Positions 40,593-54,574 of a stretch of DNA of 64,000 nt are shown one piece after another. The position numbers were made by a program, and so were the translations under genes. Source of the DNA: Octopus sinensis (Eukaryota); the NCBI RefSeq assembly GCF_006345805.1, contig NC_042998.1, positions 190,836,001-190,900,000 on the forward strand, in the 5' to 3' direction. Position 1 is the stretch's first letter. Each line of letters begins with the position of its first letter. The notes below the pieces were generated by a model, which was not told the DNA's origin, searched no databases, and saw only the letters and a list, made by a program, of their open reading frames with translations.

Positions 40593-41761
40593 CTCTATTC
40601 ATACATATGTATACATGTATATTATATATATTTCAATATAATAAACCATATATATATATATATATGCATACGTATGTATGTATGAATATGTACGTATGTA
40701 TGTATATAGTACTCTATCAATTGAGAGATAAATGCCATCTTAATATACACAATTTACTAAAAAACTACTTATAGTTTCATGTTTTAGAGATACAGTAATT
40801 TGGCAGATTTCCAACACACTTCTTAATTCCAGATCCGAATGTTTTAGAAAATGTAAGCACAAGGTCAAGTTTCTTTCGTCGAACTGGAGAACACCACTCG
40901 CTCCGGATTGAGTAGCTATCTCACAGATTCTGGCTTCCTCCCCGTTAAATTATTATACAGCAGCTAGATTAATTATAACTTCAACAGACAAACAGGACGA
41001 AAGTCTTCGTTTTTTTTTTACTTTTCTTTTCTTTCTACTTGTTCCGCTTTTTGCATCAACCCTCATCGCGTATTTTTTCTCATTTTTTCTCATCCGTTTA
41101 CATAGACCAGCGTCATGGTTTTAGATACGTTCTAAAAATATGCACTGATGTTGAAAGATTGCTTAGAGATAAAAGGTATATTATATAAGTCCGCTAAATT
41201 ATTTTATCTATAAAGTATGAAATTATCATTAGTTCTTTTGTAAAGTATGCACATTAAATGACATATATCTAAATGATATATACATACACTTGTGTATACA
41301 TACGTGCATATACATATAACACACTAACATACACACACGCACTCACAGACACACACGTACTCACGAACACATACTAAGAAGATATCTTTATTCACAGATA
41401 TTTACAGATATTTACCTTACATGTTATATACACCGTCTATATAGCTCCTCCTTCCTTTATTTCACGTTTACAAATTACTACTTAACTTTATATATTAAAA
41501 ATCCAATAAATTTACAGCTATTTATGGTCGTTTTCAACTGTTGTTTTATTTCTGTGTAATTTTTTTAAAACCAAAATTTCATTTCTAATTTTTCAAATAC
41601 GAATATTATTCCTCGAAAAATCAATAAAATTACTGAAATGAAGATTAGTAAGAAGAACACGAACAAGAACAATGTGACATTGACTACAGCAACAATAACG
41701 GTAACAACAACAAAACCAACAATAACATCAACAACAACAACAACAACTATAATAATGATAA

Positions 41762-41793
<32 letters not shown>

Positions 41794-42665
41794 ACATCAT
41801 TTGTAACGCAATCAAACCTCTAAGGATAGCATCGAATACACTGAAAGCAATCATTCTTGAAGACATCGTCTTGGAATCCAATTCTCTACATCAAATATAT
41901 TTGTGACATTACTTTCATCGCCGTAATTATAGCAAAAACAAATAGCTTTAAAACATATAAAAGCAGTCAATTTTATATGTGTGTCTATATATAATATATA
42001 TATATATGTGCACCTGTGGTTAACGAACGCAATCGTTCATTCGCTTATTGTTGTGTGTTTTTACTATGTCAAATAAATTTTCAATGAATAAGCGTAAACA
42101 TAAAGATGCACTTGTATATCCATTATAAACTGAAAGACATAACGTACTGAAAAGCACAATGTACTGAAAAGCATAATCAAGTGTAATTCATGTTAGAATG
42201 CGATGAAGAGTGTTTTATCCTAAATTGTGTAAAGATAAAGAACATTGAAATAAAATTATAGAGAAAGGATATTGAGTATCTTATTGAAAACTTCAATAGA
42301 TGTGTTTTGTATTAAATGCGTGTATATTTGTATACAGAAAAGTATGTAGATATATTTGCGTGTCTATTTGTATGTATATTTTATTTTCGGAGGTATGTAC
42401 GTACGAACGTGTGCATGAACGCATGTGTGCATGTATTTATGTAGTTATATATATATGAACGTGTGTATGTGTACATATACCTATAGATGTATATATGTAT
42501 TTATTTAAATATATAAATATAATTATTTATATATATGTATATATGTACATATACATACGTTCTTGTGTATAAACACTCGTACACGCATACATATGGTTTA
42601 TACGTATGATGTCTCTCTCTCTCTTTATATACATACATATAGATATACATATACACATATATATA

Positions 42666-42708
<43 letters not shown>

Positions 42709-42989
42709 TATATATATAATATATATATATATGTGTGTGTGTGTATGTATGTATATATATATGCATACATAAATACATATAACACAGACACAGAAACGTA
42801 CATGTGTGGGTGTTGTTTCTTTTAGCCTCAGCGTTTAGGCCATTATTCTGACGCTATGTTGTAGATTTTAAAACTGTTTGTACCTCTCCAAAAGAAAAAA
42901 AAAGAAACATTGGTTGTTATTTCTTGCATGTCAAGCAACTATGAAGGTTCTTTTCTGTTGGAAATACCAATGGCGGATGGACATGGTGC

Positions 42990-43196
42990 CCCTCAGGTAT
43001 GTTCACCATAGCTATATCTATCGCAAACAGTTTTGTCAACGATCTGTTCGACAGAATAGCTTCTGAATCTAACCGTTTGGCTCACTGTTGCAAACAATCG
43101 ACCATGAATAGCCGTGAGGTACAGACTCTTGTTCATCTTCTCCCGTCTAGTAAATTGGCCAAACACGCTATCTTGTTGAGAATGCGTACTTCCTAG
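42990..43196 (+). pseudogene. H2B-like: Histone H2B-like fragment (histone fold), divergent; probably a pseudogene
   Basis: GMFTIAISIANSFVNDLFDRIASESNRLAHCCKQSTMNSREVQTLVHLLPSSKLAKHA aligns without gaps to canonical [58 protein letters not shown] (35/58 identical by hand count). No in-frame N-terminal tail, C-terminal helix lost, no histone 3' stem-loop seen. Confidence 0.8.
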
Positions 43197-44339
43197 CAGA
43201 GTATTTATTATTTATACGGTAAGCATTCAACGAGATTCTGTTGATGTACAATGAGATAGAAAGGGAGAGAAAGGGTAAGAGAAAGAGACAGAAATGTACA
43301 GTTATCACTTAGGACCGAAACAGCCATCGTTGAAATGATGAAACCTGAATGTTTTTCAATCGTGTAGTCAAACATTTATAGCTATCATCTGTCTCATTAA
43401 ACTTACGAAACAATTGTAGAATAGTATTTTTTTCACATATAAATTAGAATGACGTTGTGTGACAGAAAATGTATGAAAAGATAAACAATTATATTAGCTT
43501 ACTGAATAATTTTCTGGTGAGTTAATTCGCTTCAAAAATCAAACATACAAGCAAGTAATTCTTTTGTTTTTTTTATCTCCAATGGCGATGCTAGTTACTG
43601 AATTATTTCTTTCATTTCCAACCCCACAAACATGTAATCATAAGCGATACCAAGTAATAGAACGAGTAGTTATATAAGTTATTTCAAGTAATTACAAGTT
43701 AAAAGAAGTTATATGTTTGCGGAGATTGTGAGGAACTATATTGTTCTTTCTCCAAATGTAACGTATAAAAACTGTTGTTGTAGATACGCGTAATAATACT
43801 TTACATTTCCTGAGTTTATAGAAAATATCAGAAAATGTCACAAGCTTATGACTATCTCATTGAAAGGACGTAGCCCTATATATATTTCCAGCTATCTGGG
43901 TGAAAACCCTGTGGCTAACAACTTGGGACAAACAAACATTCACTTTAAGATTTATAAAGTGAGTGAAACATTGATTATAAGATTAACTTTGCTGTGGACA
44001 AATAATAGATATATTTTTAAAAAAATATAGAATTATTAGGTAAAGAGAATATACCCAATAAGATATAGTGAGATATAGAGATACAGTGAGAAATGAAAAT
44101 GTAATAATGCACCAGCTTACTTTTATTACTAATGAAAACTTTTAATAAATAACATTTAATATTTTGTATAAAATATATGTTTAAAGTTATACATTTGTCC
44201 ATATTCTCCAAATTACACACTTCATTAACACGATTATAAATGTTAAACCTAGCAATTCATTATTCATGGTCATTGAGATGTTTTATTTGCAAGGTGTAGG
44301 GCTGTGAGACGCCACTTTGCAGCAAACACAATTCCTGTT

Positions 44340-44465
44340 CAGTTCAGAAGAAGGAAGCAACATGAAATAATGTGCTCTCCCCAAGGAAACATCGTACGAC
44401 CACTCGGAAAATCGAATCCACGATCCCACAGTCGTGTTTTCTACAGCCCAGCCATTGACCTCATA
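44340..44465 (-). mobile_element. Old tRNA/CORE-type SINE relic
   Basis: CCCAAGGAAACA..AATCGAATCCACGATC..CAGCCATTG is the reverse complement of a tRNA head plus CORE-like segment. Confidence 0.5.
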
Positions 44466-45832
44466 TGTTCACATGCATAGAAATACGTGTTTAAAAAAAA
44501 AAAAACAGAACATTCAACAGCACTATAGTAGAAAATCTTTCGTCAATTGACGACATATATTTAAAGTAGATTAAAATTTAGTATTTAGATCTTATTAATA
44601 ACCTGATTGCGTACTGTCATTGTTGTTGTTGTTCGTAATATTATTTTATTTATATTCGGATCAGTGATCCATAATCGTGCAAGACCCACGACTATACCAC
44701 CTTTTATTCAGACATAAGTTATGCTGGAACACATTATTCATTGTGTTATTTTGTAATCTAATTGGGTGCAATTTGTAAGAGATGTGGCAGATATTTCTCT
44801 CAATGTCTGAGTGTCTCTCTTTGGCTTATACCCGGCTTGTTTTTCTATTGTTTTCCCTTCAGCAATGTTTAACCACTCTTCTTCGGGTCATCCACCATTA
44901 TAGATACTACGCTTTACTATCACTGGTGATCTCTCCTGGTGAAAGCATATCGTTAACAGGAAAAGAAAAACTGTACCACAAAAATGACCTTTCCTCCCAC
45001 AACTACTACTCTTCTACTACAAGAGAGAGAAGCAAGGTAATGCTACTCCAACTGAGACGGTACTGGTGCTTCACATACAATATCCTATATTACTAAACAG
45101 GCCACAAGAATGAGTTGCGCAGCAATTTGCTACCTCCACACTCGGTCATTTCTGCCGTTTTTCATAGTCTGCTCTGCAAATTGGCTAGTTACGGTTCACA
45201 CCTTCAAAGACACTTTCTGATCACTCTTTTCCTTCTGATCACTACTTTCCTTCATTCATCGTCCATATTATGTCTAATCTTAGGGATCGAACTAACCATT
45301 TAAAATAATCATTTCTCCCTAGAATGCTATAACAAAAACTAATGAAAAAAACATTACTATACTCTATACTACTTTAAGCTTTATTTGGAAATCATAAAAT
45401 AATGTGATATTGGATCTCTATAGAATACTTATATCAACTAACTGATATTATTACCCTTATCAGAGGCCTATCAAAGATGTTCTAAAGAGAATCTCTTTAC
45501 AGACAACGGGTTAAAGACTGCATTATCCAACGTCCTTCATTTCATAAGACAATATAGTATCTATAAAATAGTTGCTATTTTAGCAGCTAGAATGACCACG
45601 TTGAAGCTTAGTTGTTAGCGTGATATTTAACTAGTATTGAGGACATGTTGCTGTTGAGAAACTCATAAAATGTCTAAGGCTTATTCACTAAATATCAAGA
45701 ATTTCCGAAATCTAAAATTGTAGGAGTATTAATTCAAATTAAAAAATTATCCCGTAAGATTTATTTGAATATAATAGAGAAGCACACACAACAACACAGA
45801 CACAGGCACACAGATACAGACACAGACATACA

Positions 45833-45912
<80 letters not shown>

Positions 45913-48189
45913 ACACATCTTATTCTTATATTAAGTTTATGAGAATTGAGTGTATCTTTCAAAATATCTATAAACAAGCGTTTACCTTTCCTAACTTCAG
46001 ATCAATCACCTCTCCTTAACTTCCCATCAATTATGGAATCATAGAACTAGAACGGATTCCAAGGTTTGATATTGAGGTCTATGTATGCATAGTAAAATAT
46101 ACCACATCAATCACCGTCTTAATTTTAGTATCACTAGCCTTGTCGAAAGAAACGTAAAGTTAAGAGATTTGATGGTAATTTAATCGTAAAATATGTACTA
46201 ATTATCAATTCGACAGCATTAGGATGTCTAATTAAGATGTTTTTGTAGGTTCCATTGACCTACAAATGAGATTACCTACACTCATTGCAATTTACCTCTG
46301 AAACGCGAAGTATCAAACACTGACACAGATAGAAAAGATAGATATTAATTAACCACGCAAACACACACACACACACACACACGTACTTGTACACATAGTA
46401 CGTACACTGAACTTACACTGAGTGCGAACACAGGTACCAATGGGTTTTGTGAACCTACTCATGCACTCCATGTACCGAGAGTGTATAGTCGTTTTGAACA
46501 CTCAGCTAGGGCATAGACGGTATTGAACATGTCACGCCCTAAAACTTCGATGTGCTGGATCCGCCCACTACCAGAACACATGACAACGATCCTATAGACT
46601 GACGTCGAAGTGCATTCAAGAAATTGACTTCATCAGTTTTATCAACATTTATCTCTGACAATGAAATTAAAACATATTTCACAGTCACACACGTCTCGCG
46701 TTTATTTTGCGGTTCAGTGTAGATGTAAAAAAAACCGCTATACCTTCCTGCCACATTTCCCTTAAAGTACTCATTATCACCTTAATAAAGGGATGTGTTA
46801 AAGTACATTGTCACTGAAAAGAAAATGATAGTAAGGTCATGGGTTACGTACAACTGATCATAATTTTGTTCCATAAGAGCTGAGTTGAAGATAAACAACC
46901 TCAAAAACAGTTAAAACAGTGATAACAACAACAATGACAGCAATCTGCATCAGTTCACTATATCTTATTAATTTCTTTTTTATTCTTGTCATTATCCAAA
47001 TAAAATTTCAAGTTCTAATTTATTCAGACAGTTTTAGAGTCTTAAATAATGCTGTACGTTTCTCTATGCGTAAATATACTCTCTACTCTAGCTGCAGAAT
47101 GTTGTGGCTTTTCTATTCTATTAAGACTGCTTTAATACTATTAACTATTGTGTTTCACCATAATCCTCTGATCTTTTAAAGTGCAGCTGGTCTGACATGA
47201 AGTGAACTGGTTAGTTATAATAATATATTATGATGACATAAAAAAGTTCTTAAAACACTCATGGCTTAGGTCAAGACTTTTCTATTGCATGATTTATTAT
47301 CGTTTGATGTAATGTACACATACAGAGACACACACACACACACACACACAAACACACACTCATACACACACATTACCAAAAGAAAAAATATAACAGAAGA
47401 ATATTATTTGAAGTAGCAAGAATAAAATGATAACAGCAGAAAGAGTTTGAGCCAAATTTCGGTATTATTTCTTTTAACTTGCCTCGATATCGAAAGATTC
47501 CAATTAAATTCACAAGAATTTTAATGGTGTTTTAAATAAATACAATCAAATTATAAAGAAATGTTCTACATTACCCTCATCTGTTGGGAAGAGAAGGGAT
47601 ACTTACCTAGAAAAGAGAAAAGAAAAAATCTGTTAGCATAATAAATATATTATTAATGTTTATAAATATTACATATTACTTTTATAACAGAATAAGCGAC
47701 AGACCATAAACATAAAATATAAAGCTACTGTAACGATGAAGACAATATTTGACACATAATAAGAGTATTGTATACAATAGATCTGCAAAATACACAAATG
47801 TGGTGATTATAGTATATACGGGATTTCAAATAACTAAAAAGACACATCACAATATAATAGTTTCAGTTGCAGTATGACATCAAATAAAATTTCTGATCGA
47901 ACAGATACAGCTATGAAATTACGACACGGATACATGCATGATACACAAACACAAACACACGCTCATGAAATACATAGCGTACACATATAAGTGTAAAAAA
48001 ATAAAAGATAGGTGTAAAAAATATAAAAAGAAATAAAGTACTGAAGACATGCCAAGAGAGTTAAATATCAGTATTGAATATCTGCACTACTACAAATTTC
48101 ACGAACACAACAAGCACGTCTGAACGCTCGAATATAATAATATTGTATGCATATAGACATACATATATATATGACACCGGTCACTCGAA

Positions 48190-48315
48190 GGATTACTCAT
48201 TTATCCAGCTGAGCGGACCGGTACAGTATTAAATCAACATGAAACATCGTCCCGTTCAGAAACCCAAAACCACAATCTTACAGTCTTGAGGGCATACCCT
48301 AGCAACTAAACCACG
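48190..48315 (-). mobile_element. Old SINE relic
   Basis: ATCCAGCTGAGCGGACCGG..AAAACCACAATCTTACAGTC..ACCCTAGCAACTAAACCAC pattern. Confidence 0.45.
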
Positions 48316-48407
48316 TTCCTTCACACAAGTATGTATACATACACACATGTATCTTCTGTGTGTGTATGTTTATGTACGTATATATGTATGTCTCTCTCTC
48401 TCTCTGA

Positions 48408-48475
<68 letters not shown>

Positions 48476-49123
48476 TGAGAGAGAGAGAGAGATACATGTC
48501 AGATTCAAAAGTGTCATGTACAAATTTCACGATACTTGACTCACTTTTGAAACCTTCCGCCGATTAATAATGATAAATTTAAACTTATATATACTCATGT
48601 ATTTTGTAATATTTATAATTTTTGTTCGCACAGGCACATGCACACAGACAAGCACACACACAAGCACACACACAGACAGTGCACATATATGATGAAAGAA
48701 AACTCAGTAATGAGTATGATCATCGCTTGTTAATTAACTTCACAGTGAGGATGACTTTTTTTTTAGCCCTGTTGAATATACGCTACTTTTACGACAAGCA
48801 TCATATGTCTCTGCTCAGTTAAATGCTTTGCAGAATCATGATATTTTACATATGGACGATGAATGATATTTTAAATGAATCTATTCTGACCACCAATTAG
48901 TAAGACAACATTTATCATATGACTGGCAGAAAAAATGTTCTATGGGGAATCGAAAATTTATTAGTAGATTACATTTTGATTTCTGCAACCCCGACAAGCT
49001 AACATGATTAACTTTAGATACAGGAGCTCGGTTAGAATATGAACGCTTGATGGAAGTTTTGATAACGATCGTGTTTCCTTTTTCGTGTCTCATTTAGATT
49101 TTTCTTGTTTAATGTGAATCAAA

Positions 49124-49690
49124 ATGTATGGAAAAAAATCCCACGTTTTTGCATATGACCTCAAGAAAGATGAATTTAAACTACGCGGTTTCACATCCGT
49201 AGCGCGAGTACAGCAAGAACCACTCAGCCTTAACGTTGAAGACATAAAAATGTGAAGAATTTATTACAGAGAAAGGCACAAATGTTCACTTGACCCCCGC
49301 CTCTATGATAGACAACAGCGCAAAGCACAAGCTATAATATACAATTTTCTGTCACTCAAACACAAAAAAAGATTGACCAAGAAGCCATAGAAACTATTGA
49401 AAAGTGTTTACAAAGAATATGGTCAGGGATCAAATACGTGGCCAGAGGAAAAAAATTATGGCACTGTGGAGGTGAGGTTCGCTCCGTCTTCCGAAAGTAA
49501 AGAACGCTCCAAAGTTCGCCTAAAGACGAATGAGCTGGTGCTACTGCCGACCTACTTGGGTCGAAGAATCTCGAAAATTAAAATTAGGGAGGTGTTCCCT
49601 GAGATAGACGGCTTATGGGCGGTGATAGCTGTCCTGCTGGACACTGAGGACAAAATAAACATACTACAAATTACCAAACAGCACCAACAG
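49124..49690 (+). pseudogene. Decayed ORF, probably LINE (L1/Tx1-like) ORF1
   Basis: Reads MYGKKSHVFAYDLKKDEFKLRG..*..AQAIIYNFLSLKHKK/IDQEAIETIEKCLQRIWSGIKYVARGKK/YGTVEVRFAPSSESKERSKVRLKTNELVLLPTYLGRRISKIKIREVFPEID with one stop and two +1 slips in A7 runs. The YGTVEVRF motif is RNP-like, as in LINE ORF1 RRM domains. Confidence 0.5.
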
Positions 49691-50475
49691 CACCATGTAT
49701 ATATATGGGTGTGAATGTGTGTAAACAATATCATATATATGATATATATATATATATTATATATATATATATATACTCTATATGTTTATATATATATGCA
49801 TACACACACATACACACGCATACACCCACATATATGCATAGGCAAAGCCTAGTAAATGTATGTATAGTTCTGTTTATAAAAATGAAAGCTTTAGTCTGGT
49901 TAGATTAACTGTATTTCAAATTAGTTATTTGTTTCACAAATAAAATAAGAATGCACTCAGCTTAGTACAGAGCTGTGAGTAGTGGTGGGCGGTATTTAGA
50001 TTTATCTTGTTGACAATAATGGCGTTATTTTCTTTTTTTGCCGACGTCAATGATGATGATAATGATGATACTGACGAAGACAACGGTGGAAGTGATGATG
50101 CTGATGGTATTGATGATGGTGGTGAATGCAATGCTGATAATAATAGTGTTGATAATTATAATATTGATAATGATAATTAGAAAGCTAATGAGAAAGATGA
50201 TGATAATTATGGTGATGTTGATGATAATGATTATGGTTTTCGCGATTATGATGGATTATGACTGTAGCGGTAGTAGTTGTGATGGTGTTGGTGTTGGTGT
50301 TGCTGTTGGTGGTGTTGGGAAATGGTGCTAATATGAAGATAATCATTATAAAGTTGTTAATCATGCAGTTGAACAAACTGTTCTGACAGCTGCTGCTGAT
50401 GATGATAATGATGTTGCTGATGATAAGACTGATGGTCGCTGATGGTCGTAGTAATGCTGTTGGCTTAGTTTAGAT

Positions 50476-50794
50476 CAGTGGTTTCCAAAATTTTCGGGCA
50501 GTTTCCCCCTAGACACCCAGGTCACATTCCTAGCGTTTCCACCGCCAACTAACCATCAGAAACACAGACCTCTTTCTAAAGCAAATTCAAAGCAACTGTA
50601 TTTCACAAACAAAACTTAAACTAACGAACCCATTATTTTGTTGTTTTTATATGAATTGCTACCCCATTATCGCCCCACTTTTTACATGAATCACTACCCC
50701 ACTCTTTCCCCCACTTTTCTTCCAAGCTCCCTTAGAACTTTCCAATACCCCCGGGGGTGGGGTGGGGCAATATCATCCACTTTGGGACCCACTG
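50476..50794. mobile_element. hAT (Charlie-type) MITE
   Basis: TIRs CAGTGGTTTCCAAA / TTTGGGACCCACTG; 8-bp TSD GTTTAGAT vs ATTTAGAT. Confidence 0.85.
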
Positions 50795-53700
50795 ATTTAG
50801 ATGAAGAAAGGTCATCATCCACTTCCGAGTTTCTTGAAGGACTGCCAAAAGTGTCTGTGTGGTGGCGGGTTGGGTGGCGATCTCGCAGTATCTTATTGCT
50901 GGTAAATATTTAAAAAAACTCGAAGAATTAAAAGGCAAACAAAAAACCCCAAAGGGATTTGAACTCAGATCGTAAAGGAATATATTGCAAATCTTGCTGC
51001 CTAGTTCTTGATATATTTATATTATTGATTCCTTACATTGGCACAAGGCCGTACATTCTGGAGAATTAGCACCCTGGTGACTTGTTATTGAATAGTTATG
51101 GTAAAAGGAGCACAGTGCAAATGTGAGAAAGAAAGAAGGCAGAAATAAAGAGAGAGTGAAAGAATGATAGAGAGAGAAGGAAAAAGAGAGGAGAGTGTCA
51201 GAGTACATTGAACGTGAAATTATCTTAAAACATTATTTTTTATTCTCATCAAAGCATACTAAAAGCATCAATTCGAAATATAAAAGATAATGTACTAAAC
51301 CAACTGGTTGTCATTTTTTTTTATCATTTACACATTTACTCGTTAGTATTTGAAATATATATTTTTGAACAGAAATATTAACTATTCTGTCTACCAGAGT
51401 GTGGATACCTGTACATATACAAGTTTTTCTGCCGGAACTGTGTCAACTAGCGACACATCTATATCATTGCTGGTTTTGTCTTCTCTCTGGTATTAATAGA
51501 ATTCCTTTTGAATATTACATTTTCTTTGATTCAGACTCATGTCTTAATATCCGGTCTTCAAATACTTGCCTACGTAACGGTCTTTTAATACTCACTCCAT
51601 AAATATCTTTTACCTCCATTTAGCTTCTGCCTACACAACCTACCACCACTCATAACTCATAAACTTTTCATACGTTTGGTTAATCCATTAATATTCTTTT
51701 CTATTTAGACCTCTTCCATTAATAATCAAACGTTTAATGAATTGATGTTCGACTCACCGTATCGGATAGGTAGATATTCAGTTTTCTAGAATGTTCTATT
51801 TTGTTGGAAATCTTATTGACATATCGAACAACTATTCCATCCGTCATCTATATTAATATCCGAACCACCACGGCTATCAAGACCACATTCGAATGGACAA
51901 CAAAGAACGATTTCAATCTATCAATAAGACGTCTTCAAAACTATAGACACTTGTATTCAATGAAGATCCCCACCCAGCCACAACACTGCCTAATCTATCT
52001 ACTGACCTTATATCGTTGCAACAAATTCAGTACATCGTTGATGACTAAACAGCTTGGTACACAAACTCCTTCAGTCAACATATTTCAATTCCAATAGGGT
52101 TATAGTATTGTTGTTATATTAATGTACAGCTTCAGGACATGAAGACATTTCTATAGTAATATGTGTTACACTTTGTCTATTGAGATAATTTTTTTCAATA
52201 CACATTTCAATAAATTTCACCTTAAGGCTAGATTTTCGAGTCTTTTTATAAAATTTACTTTGACGCATAGTTGAACAAAGAGATACGTTGATAAATGTTT
52301 TATGCTGAGACATATATTAAATCTATCCTACTGATGATGATTATAAAGACAGTCTAAAACGATCTATTACGATGTCCCATTCTATATAACAATCTAACAC
52401 TTGCCGTTAAGTAAAGATAACTCCTGAAACTTATAAAACATCTCAAAGAGTACAAGCAAATCTTGTTGACCCCATCTTAAACAAAAGAAAACACACAGAA
52501 TGTATATGCTAGGTACTCGTGTACGTGAATTGAATTAGCATTTTTTGATAAATATGATTTTATAAATAAATGGTGGTATTATAGAATATATGTGAAAATA
52601 TAATTATGATAGATAAATAATTGATTAAGAAATCTCAGTTATCTTTATGACTTGAAAATAGCATTAATATTGTGACATTTTTGAAAAACAAAATACAATT
52701 TAAAGGAAAAATAACTTTAGCTAGCATAGTCATGATTCGAACTTGTATTTATGTGGCATATTAAATGTATGATTGTCAGAATTAAGTGAGCTTTCTTTGA
52801 TGAATTTCCGTTTCGGTTCATTTGCATGATAGAATTTCGAGTGCACAAGTAAATTAGGTCATCAAACAGAATTCTTTTCGGGCTTCACCAAACTCAGACT
52901 CTTCGAAACATATGTGTTATGTGTCTGTATATTCATATATGTATATATGTATGTTTGCGTATGGATGTGTGTTTGTGTGTGTGTGTGAGTTTGTGTGTGT
53001 GTGCGTGTGTGAGAGATAAGACGGATACAGTACAAAGATGAATTGATGCTAGGAAAAGTTGCAAAGCCACTAAAATTGGAGTAAGTTTTCTTTTTCCTGG
53101 GAATTGTAACAAATTCCATTTATCTAGTTTAGTTACGCAATTATGATATATTAGGGAAATGTATCGGAATAATTTTAGAATTTTCGAGATTATTTTAGAA
53201 TGATATCTATATGGTAGAAGTGAAATCACTCACATGTACTTAAAACTGTTGCAAAATGTTCGGCTTAGCTTCAGAATATAATTAATGAACTTATATAATT
53301 AACAGAATATAATTAATATATATATAACAGAATATAATTAATGAACGCAAGATTCTCTTTGGTTATCAAAATGCTCTCCAGATCAAGTAACTTTTAAAAT
53401 CTTCACTTATAATAATGGTGCTCTCTTCAGCATTAATTCCGAAAGAAAATTAAGTTATATAGAAAATGACAAAAGGACCAAGATAAGAAAAATTATATGG
53501 TATAAATCACCGAATAAATTAGCTGTAGTACAACGGTGTTGAAAATATTCGACACTTGATTAAAGAAACATTTACTCGAAACACAAATACTACAAAATAT
53601 ATATTAAAAATTGCATTAAAATTATATGTTCAATCATATGCTGTTGCGATAGCATTATGTCTTTATAGACTGTAAATGGCAACTTAAAGTTATTATTCGC

Positions 53701-53798
53701 CAGGCAACACGGGAAACTAATAATCCATCAATGATATATATTAGTCTCATCTCATATCATTTGATTTTTAGATAGCACAAGTATACTCTCATATTCTT

Positions 53799-54021
53799 AT
53801 TTCTTTACTGCCCACAAGGGCCCACAAGGGACAAACAAGGACAGACAAACGGATTAAATCGATTGTATCGACCTCAGTGCGTAACTGGTACTTATTTAAT
53901 CGACCCCGTAAGGATGAAAGGCAAAGTCGACCTTGGCGGAATTTGAACTCAGAACGTTGCGGCAGACGACGTACTGCTAAGCATTTTGCCCGGCGTGCTA
54001 AGAATTCTGCCAGCTCGCCAC
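53799..54021 (-). mobile_element. SINE family A, tail variant i
   Basis: Full head to ..GTAAAGAAATA tail on the minus strand. Confidence 0.9.
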
Positions 54022-54538
54022 CTTAGTATACTCTCGTGTTATGCAACCACGATGGTAGTACTGACGAAATACTCTCTTAAATTCATATAAGGATTGGAAA
54101 CAAAACCCATCTATTATATCGTTACATGGAATATCCCTGAGCTCACTCATTATTATACAACCAAAAAAAAAAAAACCTCGCTGACTAAACAATTGAAAGG
54201 TTTGAAAATACTATTTGTTAAAACAACACACCTTAACAGGTATCGCGAATGTTTACGCTTTTGCAACACAGAATATTCAAGATTTTATTTTAATCGTTTG
54301 ATATGCTCTAAAAGGTAAACTTGGATGCAACACCTTCGTATATGTGCTTAATACACTATAGTATTTCAGAATGGAATATATGCAATTTTATCTTCTTTAA
54401 TCAATTATTTTAAAAGCTTTAATATAAATTAATTTTGAGCTATTTATTCTAGTTAGAGTAGTTTTCAGTTCTAACGCGCAAAAACACACACAAACTCGCA
54501 CACACACACATAGACACAGACATAAATACACACACATA

Positions 54539-54574
<36 letters not shown>

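Noticed and set aside
51400-52110. Possible LINE endonuclease/RT relic (ORF 51801-52097 or its antisense)
   Set aside because: No convincing APE or RT motif in correct order and spacing
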